Assembly: GCF_001194135.2 (NCBI RefSeq)
Contig: NC_069000.1
Span: forward strand, 5,142,493-5,206,492
Reading direction: 5' to 3'
DNA: 64,000 nt
From: Octopus bimaculoides
Lineage: Eukaryota
The position numbers and the translations under genes were made by a program. The notes below the pieces were generated by a model that was not told the DNA's origin, searched no databases, and saw only the letters and a list, made by a program, of their open reading frames with translations. Shown in pieces: positions 25,690-38,780 of this stretch (position 1 is the first letter of the stretch; every line of letters begins with the position of its first letter).

Positions 25690-26135
25690 ATGCGTACCAA
25701 TAGTATTAAAGCTTCATCTGCTGAGAAGAAACGGAAAATTATAGAATTGGCAGAAAACTCCTCCGTAATTTGTAAGGATGAAAATATTTCAATAAAAAGC
25801 GAAATTAGGTTGAAGCCGCGCTGTTGGTGAATCAACTATCCGTAAAATTATTCATATTTCAAAAGTTTATGAAGAAAAGGGACAGTGTTCTGCTTCATCA
25901 ACGAATTGCCAAAGAAGAAACAGAGGCATGGCAATGATTGATGTGGAACGTTACTGATCTTGTTCGAAGACTGCAATCAAAAGCGCATTTCTTTGGGTCG
26001 AGCGACCATCAAAACGGAGTCTGTCATTTTGTTTGCTGCAATCGAAGACACAAAGACAACTGAAATAAGGAACCGAAACTAAAGAGGTAACTAAACGAAA
26101 CCTTTACTAGAAGTTACGGATGGGTAGATTGATCT
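25690..26135 (+). mobile_element. Tigger/pogo transposase N-terminal relic (HTH-psq and CENP-B-type HTH)
   Basis: VGESTIRKII..SASST..RNRGMAMIDVER / FEDCNQKRISLGRATIKTESVILF / SYGW match pogo-family ESTIR, EDCNQKRI and ASxGW motifs; frameshifted. Confidence 0.8.
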
Positions 26136-26149
26136 CGAAAACAAACTGG

Positions 26150-26345
26150 AATGTTCCTGGCTTTGGATAAAAGAAAATGCACGAGGATCAGTTAATTAGG
26201 ATTTTATTCAATATAACCCCCTCATAGATTCACACACTAATTGCGGCGGTCCTTCAGTTTTTCTAAGCCCTGTGAAAGAACTCGTAAGGTTGGGTCAACA
26301 ACGAAGTTTTTATCGACACCCTTAAACTCAGCAGATGTTTTGCGC
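26150..26345 (-). mobile_element. mariner 3' end relic
   Basis: PYEFF / SQGLEKLKDRRN*CVNL*GGYIE* resembles GIEKL..RW.KC...GDYVE; followed by an eroded TIR-like CCAAAGCCAGGAAC. Confidence 0.8.
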
Positions 26346-26704
26346 CCCTCCCTCCCCCCAGTATTCTCGGACAATCTGCAATTCCGTATTTTGTGAAGTT
26401 TCCTGATAAATATATCGGAATGCTCCGCTGTGGTTTGGTTTCGAAAGGTGCACACTCGGCGTTTGCTTTTAGGATATTTGTTAATCTGTACAATGTAAAC
26501 GGTCTTTTAGTCGCACGTTGCTTAGTGAAGAACAAAAGGTATATTTCGTAAGAGAACATTTTTTCAAAAGAAAAAAAAAAAAATGGAAAACGAAAAACGA
26601 ATAACAAACAAAAATAAGACGGAAAGAAAACGTACAGATATATTTGGTAAACAGACTTACGCACGTTTATGTAGTGAATGTTCAAATTCAAATGCGACAG
26701 CCGT

Positions 26705-26722
26705 TATAATAATAATAATAAC

Positions 26723-26777
<55 letters not shown>
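26705..26777. repeat. (AAT)n
   Basis: Directly visible. Confidence 0.95.
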
Positions 26778-26778
<1 letters not shown>

Positions 26779-28729
26779 GAAAAACAACAAATATATAAAT
26801 GTATGTGGTTACAAGAAATTGAATATTATTTTAAATACGAACAAACATATCAAACAGATCAGGTACGTCGATGTGGGATTTTTATTAAGCTGTTTGTGAA
26901 ATGGCTGTATAGTTTTACAAAATGGTTACAAGTCTAGATCAATGGAACCTTTTAAAGGAGACGAAATCACATGACATGAGATTACAAAAATGCTATTACT
27001 CGCTAAAATTCCAGTGTAAACAACGACTACATTTTCGCGTTTAAGCCGTTAAGTAATGGTTTTCGTAAATGTTCCATAGTGACAATAGAGAAAAATATCC
27101 GATACGGACAAGTTGTATCTACCGGTTGGAGAATATAAACATTAATGAAGGGACTGCGTCGGCATAGCCATGATCTTGGTCAGTGAAATAAGAACATAGA
27201 ACTAAAAATGATGCACAAAATTCAAGTATATGCATCCACACATACACACACATAGACATACTTACGTATGTGCAAATGAGTGTAGGCATGGTGAAATCTT
27301 TTTGCCAACGTAATGTGGCGGTCCTGCGCAGGACCATGTTACTGTCTTTTAACTTTAGAAAACCATGTTTTGCAACTGGCTATCTACTCGTGATCTGTGT
27401 CTGAAATATATTATGAGCAAAGGAACGTAATTCTAGCCACTAGCAGTACCAACAGGCCAATGGTTTCTTGCTAAATTCCCGTCGTCGGTGCTGGACAACC
27501 GGGGGAAGTGGAGGAAGGGGAGGAAGGAATGTTGAACCATTCCTCCACTTGCAGTCAAATCGCCCTCTCTGGAATGTTCATAATTCTTTCCTCACCCTCC
27601 TCCCCATCCCCCACAAATCCCCCTCTCAGGAATGTTCAAAATCCTCCCTTCGCCCCNNNNNNNNNNNNNNNNNNNNNNNNNNNNNGCTCAAATCCCTCTC
27701 TCTTGAATATTCTAAAATCCATAAATATCACAGAACCTTTTTACTCAGAGTTCATCTTTCCCGTTCGTCGGAGAGTTGTAATTAAGAATCGGACACGAAA
27801 TTAAATTTATATTTATAAATATATTATATAAATTAACAATACAAATTTGAATTTGGCTTCTTTTCATTGGTCGTTTGAACAAGCAGATTTCTTTTGTGAT
27901 ATTTTTTGTTAAGTTCTTGTGATGCTTTTGCAGTCTTATTTATAAATCATATTACTCTACCTTCGGTATTCCAGTACTGTTTCATATTTATGTGCTTCTT
28001 CCGACATATGTACCTGCGATACATCTCAGATGCATTTGTCTAGCAAGCACTTTCATCTAAGATTGTTTCAAACTAAAATAATTGCAGCGCCGAAGGCACA
28101 TATTTGCCATTCAACAAGACACATAAATATTAACTTCACTTAAGCAATTTATTTTCCGGTGTCGGAACTTGCATCGCACAAATTGTAACCCGGTCACCAG
28201 CGATACTGTACTGCATCTGCCTGGAATGTTGTGAATGACAAGGTCGCAGCTGTGACGAAGATTTTGACATATAATGATAAATCGTTAACTGAAGTTAACA
28301 ATTTTTGAGTAGTTAATATATTTCTTAAATAGATCTCGCGATAAGAAGACAATAATTCATGTATAACAGAGTTCCTAGAGAATCAAAGAGAACAGTGAAA
28401 AAATTTATCTGCTTATATAGTGATATTCAAAACCATAAATACTTAAAATTATTTAGCAGTGTAAAATAGAAATTTGGCCATATTTATATATTGTAATATT
28501 TCTAAAGAAACATTAAGATATATGTAATGTATAATCAGTTACAACTGGAAAACCATTATTATTTATGTTCGGAAAATATAGATGTCATAAACAGAAATAT
28601 GTTTTTCATAAACTCATTCAATTCTAGGGTGAATATGTTTCAACGGTGAAAGCAAAATATCAGATGTAGCAAAGATTTTAATTCGGATGATCATATTTTA
28701 TTTATACATAGAGCGCCCGTGTATATGTG

Positions 28730-28750
28730 CACGTGTGTGTGTGTGTGTAT

Positions 28751-28784
<34 letters not shown>

Positions 28785-28877
28785 CAGAGAGAGTGCGTTT
28801 ACACACGTATGTGTGTATACATACATGTATATACACATATATCTATGTGTGTGTATATGTATGCATATATATATACA

Positions 28878-28959
<82 letters not shown>

Positions 28960-29090
28960 CATATATATATACATACATATATATACACATACATATATAC
29001 ATACATACATACATACATTCATACATACATACATACATAGATATATAGATACATACATACATACACACATACATATATATATATATGAAA
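28730..29090. repeat. GA/TA/TACA microsatellite field
   Basis: Directly visible; similar fields at 29390-30010, 32360-32600, 41530-42130 and 52050-53410. Confidence 0.95.
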
Positions 29091-29402
29091 ATTTGCATAG
29101 ATTGATCGATAGATAAGTAGACATGTAAATATTGATATAGATAAGAGTATATATCTTAATGTGTATATGGTGTGTGGTGTGTGTGCTTTCTGTATTTCCA
29201 TATGGCTAGGTGTATCTACATAGACTACTCCACCATATTCATATATGTTTGTACATTTCTCAGAGTTTATGTATACTTCGATGCAATTAATGGCATTAGC
29301 AATTTTATTGTATCAAATTTCAATTTCACACCTGCTGATAGGAATTAAACAGTTTATATAGGCAAACGATTCTCTCTCCCTCTGTCACTCTCACTCTCTC
29401 TC

Positions 29403-29443
<41 letters not shown>

Positions 29444-29453
29444 NNNNNNNNNN

Positions 29454-29491
<38 letters not shown>

Positions 29492-29919
29492 TTATATATA
29501 TGTTTATATATATATATCTATATATACATATATATATACACATATGTGTGCGTGCGTGTGCGCGCGTGTGTGTATATATGTGTCTATATACACACTCATA
29601 TATTCATATAAATAGGCAATGTTTGTTATTTATAAAAATGCAACACTTAAAAAAAATCATTTCAACGTATTGCAGGTTCATATATATAAATATATTGTCT
29701 AACTGTTGTCCTCTCCTTGTCACTCTCTCTCTCTCTCAATCTCTTTCTCTTTCTCTCTCTCTAACTCTCTTTCTCTCTTTCTGTCTTTCTCTTACAAACA
29801 CGCCCACACACTTCAACGCACACATATATGCCTACGTATACGTGTGTTTATGCGAGTGAGAGAGCAACGTATGTTGATCTATACAAACACAAAACATACA
29901 AACACACATACACACAGAC

Positions 29920-29978
<59 letters not shown>

Positions 29979-30357
29979 GACACACATATATATATATATA
30001 TATATAAATCTATATATGAAGAGAGTGAAGGAGTTTGAAAGAGTAACAAATTGAGAAAAAGAGAGAGAAATATTATTTACAAAAACTATCTTATTTATGC
30101 ACATTTTTTTCTCCTACAAGAGAAATTTATTTGCATCGTTGGTACAAATGGCCATTACGGTGGAGGCTTGAATATGCAAGATTCGAGAAGTTTCTACTGT
30201 TATATCGTTAAACAGTGACGATTTCAAATTAACCACCGATGTGGGATGCTTTTCGACTAATGGCGATACAATTCTCTGCTCTTTAGCACTATATTCACGT
30301 AAAATAATATATGAAGAAGCAATCCTCTGGTCACTAATAACGAATTCGTGACAGTTT

Positions 30358-30443
30358 GTGCAAGTGTCTTCCAGTACAACCTCGGGTCCACCACAGCCTT
30401 GTGAGTGGATTTCGTAGGCGGAAACTGCAAGTAGCCTGTCGTA
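30358..30443 (+). mobile_element. SINE type A central fragment
   Basis: GCAAGTGTCTTC..CCTCGGG..AGCCTTGTGAGTGGATTT.GTAG.CGGAAACTG. Confidence 0.8.
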
Positions 30444-30497
30444 CACACACACACACATAGATGTATGTATATATGTATATATAAATATGTATATATA

Positions 30498-30529
<32 letters not shown>

Positions 30530-30917
30530 NNNNNNNNNNNNNNNNNNNNNNNNNNNNNNNNNNNNNNNNNNNNNNNNNNNNNNNNNNNNNNNNNNNNNNN
30601 NNNNNNNNNNNNNNNNNNNNNNNNNNNNNNNNNNNNNNNNNNNNNNNNNNNNNNNNNNNNNNNNNNNNNNNNNNNNNNNNNNNNNNNNNNNNNNNNNNNN
30701 NNNNNNNNNNNNNNNNNNNNNNNNNNNNNNNNNNNNNNNNNNNNNNNNNNNNNNNNNNNNNNNNNNNNNNNNNNNNNNNNNNNNNNNNNNNNNNNNNNNN
30801 NNNNNNNNNNNNNNNNNNNNNNNNNNNNNNNNNNNNNNNNNNNNNNNNNNNNNNNNNATATATATACACAAATACATATATGTACATACACATACACACA
30901 CACATACACACACCCAC

Positions 30918-30985
<68 letters not shown>

Positions 30986-31831
30986 GTAAATGTATATCTA
31001 CATTCACGTATATGTAGATTCGAAACTAAGTGTCATAGCTCTCTTTGTAGAAATAACATTTCATTGACTTTTATTATAATTTAGCGCGAAGAATGACGTA
31101 GTCATATCTCTGTTTAGTAGCAAAAGTCATTATGTATGCTCTGTGTTGTACTTATTTCAGCTAGTATCAATATATCTAATACAAGTTGTATCATAAGCTA
31201 TCTGGAATTTAATTATTTTTCGTCGTATCTTATTTATTTCCGCCTTATTTCCATGAGCGTTGTAATATTCTCCAAACAAAATATGTTAACACTATTGTGA
31301 AGTTAAACTTAACATAATTAATGTAAAAGATACGTCAGTTTTATTTAAGTCTCAATATACTTATGTGTACATTTACCGTTGGATTATTTTCTGCATTTAA
31401 TCGATGATAGGTTAATCACTGCTTCACGACGCATGGTAAAAGTTTTAAATCTTATTGATGATGTCGAATCAACAATAAAAATCATCTCTCTTCTCTGTTT
31501 ACACGTTGGTTGTACTCCTTACAAGGAAATGTAAGGTGCTGTTTCATTCGATGGCAAATTAATGTTGATGAAGAAGGCACGCAATTAAAGCGTAATGATG
31601 AGAAGTCTCGCCTCCTACGATGCACGATATGCTAAAAATGGTAAGGCTTTATCCTCGAATATCACACCAGCATATTGAAATATGAAGTGCACATTGTATT
31701 AGGTGATCATATTCGCAATGCTAACACGAAAGGAAAACGACAGCAATGGATGGGAAACAACTGAACAAAAGTGATTGAGGCAAATATAGAATTAGCAAGA
31801 AAAATTACAACAGGAAAGGCAAAAACAACAA

Positions 31832-31986
31832 CGTGGTAAGTAGCTTGCTTACCAACCACATGGTCCTGGGCTCAGTCCCACTGAGTCGCACCTTGGGAAA
31901 CTGTCTCCTACTCATAGCCTCGAGCCGACCAAAGCCTTGTGAGTGGATTTGGTAGATGGAAACTGGAAGAAGCCCATCGTATATAT
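31832..31986 (+). mobile_element. SINE type A 5' half, well preserved
   Basis: GTGGTAAGTAGCTTGCTTACCAACCACATGGT.CTGGG.TCAGTCCC..ACCTTGGG..GCCTTGTGAGTGGATTTGGTAGA. Confidence 0.9.
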
Positions 31987-32004
31987 ACGCACGTTACCAA
32001 TTAG

Positions 32005-32268
32005 ACCAAAACTATTATTCAAGTGCTCAGCCTCAAATTTCTAACCTACCCACAATATTCTCCTGATATATCGTTTCTACATTATCCTCCTTTACGGTCG
32101 CTCTCTAATGATTGCTCAGCGTTTCATGCAACAACGATGTGCAAGTCAAATACACGATTCGATGAATTCTTCACCTAAAAAGCGTGTGATTTCTACCGTC
32201 AAGAAACTGGCAGGTTGATGGAATGCTAGCAAGGGGTTGTCAACATTCAAGGAGAATATATTATTATA
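32005..32268 (+). mobile_element. mariner transposase C-terminal relic
   Basis: PQYSPDISFLHYPPLRSLSN...DEFFT*KACDFYRQETGRLMEC*QGVVNIQGEYII matches the YSPDLAPSDY..FRSL and FF..K..DFY..GI..L.ERW..V....GEY motifs. Confidence 0.85.
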
Positions 32269-32416
32269 TCATTCACTGATTTGTTGATATACCTGAGAAT
32301 AAATAAGGTTAAAACAAATGAAATAAAAACGAACTGACTTATTTGATAAAACAATGTATATGTTTGTGTGTATGTGCGTGCGTGTGTGTGTGTTTATGCA
32401 CATATATGTAAGCATA

Positions 32417-32502
<86 letters not shown>

Positions 32503-32995
32503 CACATATATGTAAGTATATATATGTGTATATACGTGTATGTGTGTGTATGTATATATATATATATATGTGTGTATGTGTGTGTGTGTTTGTGTTTGTG
32601 TACAGCGAGAGAGGAAAAGAGGGGGTGAGTATGTGAGGGAGTGACAGCTGCTCTTGAATTCAAATTTGCGAGTGGAGACGTTATTTTGCAGTAACCAACA
32701 TAGATTATTAGTCTGTTTTTTCGTGAATTTTTCTGTATTAAAATTCCTCTATTTTTGTTGTTTGTATTATGTTAACATCTGTTTGATATCTTTTATTAAG
32801 CCAAAAAAAAAAACGGAAAAAAACAAAAACAAAACAAACAAACAAACAAAAATAACAACAACATCGCACATAACATGATTGTGTTCGTGATTCACAAAAC
32901 ATCTTTTTTTTTCTTTCCTACCACCGTCAACACAATGAGTTTCACCTCCAACTCCATCCACCAGTACAAATATAACCAACACCACCAACACCACC

Positions 32996-33033
<38 letters not shown>

Positions 33034-33340
33034 CGATAACAACATCAATAATAACAAAAACTCAGTTTGGCTTTTCGAATTTAGTAACTACTTGTAACAT
33101 TGTTGTATCTTTGATTTTCGTGGAGGCTTTTGTTTAAATAAATAAAAAAAAAACGACAACAAAAAAAAACATTTTCAGAATTTTTTTCTGTATCCTTGTC
33201 TGAAATTCCAGGATAGATAAAAGGTTTTACGAAATCATTTCTTGTTTGTCTTTTCTTCTTGTAGAAATGTCGTTGGTGGCGGAGTTGTCTTTACAGAACT
33301 TGTTTCTTTTTCTATTTTTTGTATTCTGTGGTAAATCCCT

Positions 33341-33374
<34 letters not shown>

Positions 33375-35600
33375 TAACGTATTCCTCTGTCTTCTCATTG
33401 CGACTTTCTAGTAAAGATATAACATGAACAAACGAAAAAGATGGGGAGAAAAATCCTGCATCAACTTCAGATTATAATAAATAGCAGTTTTACTGGAAAT
33501 GCTTCGACGGAAATCAAATGAAAGGAGATTAAAAGGAAATGGAAGACTATAAAACAAACTACGAGGAAGATGTTATTTATTCAACTCACAGATTGAGACG
33601 ATAAAATATGTAAAATTTTGTGCAAATAACAATAACAACATCTATAATAATAATGATAGTAATAATAATAATAATAACATTAATAATAAGGATGCTAATA
33701 ATAATGATAATATTAATGATGATGACGACGACGACGACGACGATGATGATGATGATGATGATGATAATCATGATGACATCTGTCAGGAATGATACAGGAG
33801 GAATTTATTGGAAACGAGGAACTACATATTTTATCATTCCTTGGGTTGGAATTTACCGTAATATACTTACTTGGACGAGAAACTAATTTAGACCGAAATC
33901 TGCACCGTAAATTAATGTTTGTAATATGTATCTGTGTGTGTCTCTGTGTATATACATATGTATATATATATGTATGCATATATATATATATACAAACATA
34001 TACGTACATACATATACATACCTACATATATTTGTATATATACATGCATATATGAGTACAGGACGTCAAAAAAGTGAACCAAATCAGAAACGGGAACATA
34101 AAAAACAAATACATGGAAAACGAACGTTCCCTTCATCAGTTTTCCCCTGTTCTATCTACTCCGCGTTTCGAACGTGTACATATACATACATACATATGCA
34201 TATAAATATACATACATATATGCATAAAAATATATATATATATATATATATANNNNNNNNNNNNNNNNNNNNNNNNNNNNNNNNNNNNNNNNNNNNNNNN
34301 NNNNNNNNNNNNNNNNNNNNNNNNNNNNNNNNNNNNNNNNNNNNNNNNNNNNNNNNNNNNNNNNNNNNNNNNNNNNNNNNNNNNNNNNNNNNNNNNNNNN
34401 NNNNNNNNNNNNNNNNNNNNNNNNNNNNNNNNNNNNNNNNNNNNNNNNNNNNNNNNNNNNNNNNNNNNNNNNNNNNNNNNNNNNNNNNNNNNNNNNNNNN
34501 NNNNNNNNNNNNNNNNNNNNNNNNNNNNNNNNNNNNNNNNNNNNNNNNNNNNNNNNNNNNNNNNNNNNNNNNNNNNNNNNNNNNNNNNNNNNNNNNNNNN
34601 NNNNNNNNNNNNNNNNNNNNNNNNNNNNNNNNNNNNNNNNNNNNNNNNNNNNNNNNNNNNNNNNNNNNNNNNNNNNNNNNNNNNNNNNNNNNNNNNNNNN
34701 NNNNNNNNNNNNNNNNNNNNNNNNNNNNNNNNNNNNNNNNNNNNNNNNNNNNNNNNNNNNNNNNNNNNNNNNNNNNNTATATATATATATATATGTGTGC
34801 GTCTATTATTCTATGGGCATATGAACGTCTATATTTTTATGGGCATATATATATGCATGTATATATATATCTAAGTGTATGTATAAGTATGTGTGTGTTT
34901 GTATCAAGGTATATATAAGCGTGTGCATATATTTATATGTATGTGTTTATATGTATGAGTGCGTAGTTTGCAGAGATAATTCCCATTTGGGAGACTGCTA
35001 GAAATATTGATCTATAGGAGAGAAGAGCAGAGGTGACATATATCAAACGTTAGCAATTTAATGTATTCTCTGATGTTCATTGGGAAAATTTGTAGCCGAA
35101 ACTGTGTCACGCCTCTTCTGCGTGGCATAAACACGAATTTTACAATTGTATGGATAACACATTAGTAATAACTATTATAAGATTGACTAGGTGTTGTCAA
35201 AGGAAGTAACCAACGTTAGATTATCAACATCATTAAAACTCGACCAACAGTCGTTTTACACGTTATGAATTACTGAAAATGGTAAATTCTATAGGCTGTC
35301 TCTCATGGCTTTAAGAGCTTGAAAAGGAAGATAAAATTTTCGTTGGAAATGTAGAATTTGTTTGAAATGATGCGGAGATGTGACGTATCCTGTCTGATAG
35401 AAGTGTTCCATTCTGCTTTCATTGGCTAGAACAAAAACTAAAATATAGAACACAGCCAGACTAAAAATTTGCGTAATTCTAATTTTGTGGTTTCTGTTGA
35501 TTAAATGCTTCAACTGAAAGTAATAAAAATGCAGTATACCATTTTTATTAACTGACAAAGTTCGTTCGAATATTCGCATGTTCGTAGATTTAGTCTCCAT

Positions 35601-35725
35601 CTACAGTAACTCATCTTCCTGTTCTTCTACACTGCAGACAAATAATTGGCTCCAAGCAGCAGCAATGTATCCTCGTAAAGTTCTTAACAAAGGAGTGTTG
35701 AAGTCTGTGCGACACACACTGATCG
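35601..35725 (-). CDS. Candidate terminal coding exon, unknown product
   Basis: Acceptor CATTTCCATTTATTCTTCAG; phase-1 frame ISVCRTDFNTPLLRTLRGYIAAAWSQLFVCSVEEQEDELL*; AATAAA at 35549-35544. Confidence 0.35.
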
Positions 35726-35986
35726 CTGAAGAATAAATGGAAATGATACTCCAGACATATGCAATGTGCACATATACATGAAATTTAAAGATTAAAGAAA
35801 GGAAAATAGCATTAAGTTAAAACCTCATTACAAGAGACAAACAACAGCGCCTACTGACACGAACTGTCAGGGCCTAGACGAATTGATTCGGGTCGAGAAA
35901 CCTGTAATAGTGCTGACCGTCACTCATGACCGAATATGGTCTTGTATAAGGGATTTGTTTTTTTAAATTTTTTTTATTAATTGATC

Positions 35987-36110
35987 TCGGCTTTCATCCT
36001 TTCGGGGTTGATTAAATAAGTACCAGTTATGCACTGGAGTCAATGTAATCAACTTAATCCCTTCTCCGAAATTTGAGGCCTTATCCTTCCAGCAGAATGA
36101 ATTATTCTTA
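35987..36110 (+). mobile_element. SINE type B 3' half
   Basis: CTTTCATCCTTTCGGGGTTGATTAAATAAGTACCAGTT..GGCCTT. Confidence 0.8.
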
Positions 36111-36642
36111 GACAAGAATAACATTGACAATGACTGTTTCTTGCCAGTTAAGCTATCGTCAGTCTGCGATGCATTGAAATTAAACTTGTGTTTATATAGT
36201 CTCGTTTTTTCAGTTAAAATCTTCTTTGCGTATGTGTGTTTCAGCGGATTGGTAATTAGGTTGTGTTAGATACTTGTTTTGGGGAAGATTTTATTGATTA
36301 AATTTGAGATTATGTAATTGTTTAAAATTTATTCATGCATGTAGAACTTTACAAGCTTGAATAGCTTCTAAAGAGTGAGATAAACCCAAATGTTAACATT
36401 AAAAATTTCTCCAGCGTACCTCTCTATCACAACGCACCTCACAATCTAATTACCACTCCATTGAAGCCTACAAACGTAAGGAAGATTTTAACTTATCATG
36501 ATTAACTAAAAGGCATCGCAGTCCGATGATGGTTTAGTTACTAGAAACTTCGAAGTCACTCCCAATAAACTTCTTGTATAATAACGATAATGCAGTCCAG
36601 GAGATTAATGGATAATCGTTTTTATTAGAACAGAGAGAGAAG

Positions 36643-36800
36643 ACGAACTTCTTTCAGTTTCCATCTACCGGAAACTACTTCCATGACATTGGTTATCCCA
36701 CGCTTGAGAAGAAAATACTTCCTCAAGGTGCCGCTCAGTGGCACTGAGCCCAACTCCACATTATTGGAAAGTAAACTGCTTCAGCACAAAACCGTGAATT
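36643..36800 (-). mobile_element. SINE type A, diverged
   Basis: TTCTTTCAGTTTCCATCTACC..CAAGGTGCCGC.CAGTGGCACTGAGCCC is the reverse complement of the type A body and head. Confidence 0.75.
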
Positions 36801-37578
36801 TGCCAGTAAAAATAAAAATAAACCATGCATTCGCCTGTTTAGTTAAATGTACGAATCGATTATTTTCTTTAAAACAAAAACAGCGAATAATTTGGAAGGT
36901 TATTTGGCTGCTATTGGAGAAAGTTGAATGAGTATACATCTGTTTCAGACCTATATCACTGGAATGGTAGCGAATTAATCGGTAACCATTTTAGAAAAGA
37001 AAAAAGTTTCTAAATGAAAAAAAAAAGAGAAAATTAGATTCAGTGGATTTGTTTAAAAGTTCAATAATTGTAAAGCCACATCTGCAATGGAGATCAATCG
37101 ATACGTTGTTAGAATATTTAATATTATAACACCTAAATGAATTATCAGTATGAAGAAGATAATTATTTTTTGGTCTTCTTTAGCTTATACAAATTTATGG
37201 AATATGTATGGAAAAAAAAAGTTTGCAAATGTATAAATATGTTANNNNNNNNNNNNNNNNNNNNNNNNNNNNNNNNNNNNNNNNNNNNNNNNNNNNNNNN
37301 NNNNNNNNNNNNNNNNNNNNNNNNNNNNNNNNNNNNNNNNNNNNNNNNNNNNNNNNNNNNNNNNNNNNNNNNNNNNNNNNNNNNNNNNNNNNNNNNNNNN
37401 NNNNNNNNNNNNNNNNNNNNNNNNNNNNNNNNNNNNNNNNNNNNNNNNNNNNNNNNNNNNNNNNNNNNNNNNNNNNNNNNNNNNNNNNNNNNNNNNNNNN
37501 NNNNNNNNNNNNNNNNNNNNNNNNNNNNNNNNNNNNNNNNNNNNNNNNNNNNNNNNNNNNNNNNNNNNNNNNNNNNNN

Positions 37579-37609
<31 letters not shown>

Positions 37610-38387
37610 TGTGTGTGTGTGTGTGTGCGCACACATATTCTGCTGTCGATAATTCTGTAACAACTACCAGATCGTACAATAATTGATTTCATGAAATAAT
37701 TTTGTTCAAACGTATACGTATGAAAGAAAAGACAAAATATTAAAAAAATATTATTTAAAAACCCTTAGAACACAACTAAGCTTTCACTGTTATAGTTTTC
37801 ACTTGTAGTATCTCTAGATCTCTCTAGTATTTGAGACATCAATTATTTATTAACAATGGGCGTTATAGGGTTAACTAATTCTTGGACGACATCTGCAACG
37901 ATAAGCAGTTAGTAAGTAGGTGCCGGAATATTTAATGCCGAAAAGCATTAAATGGTGAATGAGAGAAGAATATAGTATATAACGAAAAATATAATCAATA
38001 TTGTTCTTTGACAACATTTTGTCTCTTATGTATTATTAATACTGGCATATGTCGTTATATGCTTCTGATGCAAACATGTAAATTATATACGTTTCGTTTT
38101 ATTAAGCGCAAATTTTCATAATGGAATATTACGAAACTTAACAGTGTTTTTTTTTTGTTTTTTTAATAAAACAGCCATAATGATTTCGTTGATTTTTTTG
38201 TTTTTTCGTTAAGAATCGAAACTGGAATTTGAGTTCGATACCAACGTGGGGTACATAAGGTACCTACTTATGTGGGCGTTTGTTATCATCTCATCCTAGT
38301 CTAATCAAAGGCTGGTAACTGAGAGATTCTGTGGAATTGGCGGAGACCATATGGGAAAGAGGCGTTTGCATATGTTCTATTGTACTT

Positions 38388-38455
38388 TTACTTGTTTCAA
38401 TCATTTGACTGTGACCATACTGGAGCACCAGCATTTACTCGAACAAATTAATCTC
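38388..38455 (-). mobile_element. SINE type A 3' tail fragment
   Basis: TACTTGTTTCAATCATTTGACTGTGACCATACTGGAGCACC, recognised from the family tail as I recall it. Confidence 0.55.
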
Positions 38456-38614
38456 TCAGTCTCTCTCACCATCATTCATTCTCTCTCTCTCACAATTCTC
38501 TCTCTCTCTAACTCTCTCTAGCTCTCTCTCATTCTCTTTCTCACTTATTCTCTCTCTCCCTCTCTCTCTCTCTCTCTGTCCCTCCACCTGGCACATACTG
38601 GATGTGCTGCTAGG

Positions 38615-38780
38615 TCAAACATTGAACTTGGGAGTGTTTCCACAATCTTCTGGTTTTCGGTGCCTGTAGAGTGGGTAACCCTCATCTCCCGTATGTTTCT
38701 CGTGGATAAATTCCCTGGGGAACCGCTTGATTCACTTCTTGTGCTCCATGCACGATGATAAACGGAGGGTGAATGGGTTA
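38615..38780 (-). mobile_element. Helitron Rep-domain fragment
   Basis: SSCMEHKK*IKRFPREFIHEKHTGDEGYPLYRHRKPEDCG matches Helitron SPCM.DGKC.KRYP..F...T..G.DGYP.YRRR.PEDGG. Confidence 0.85.

Noticed and set aside
28186-28292. Minus-strand NDLSLYVKIFVTAATLSFTTFQADAVQYRW* as a last exon
   Set aside because: Weak pyrimidine tract and no recognisable family.
30114-30445. Protein-looking tail of ORF 30114-31007
   Set aside because: Its first part is antisense SINE A; the rest lacks splice signals.
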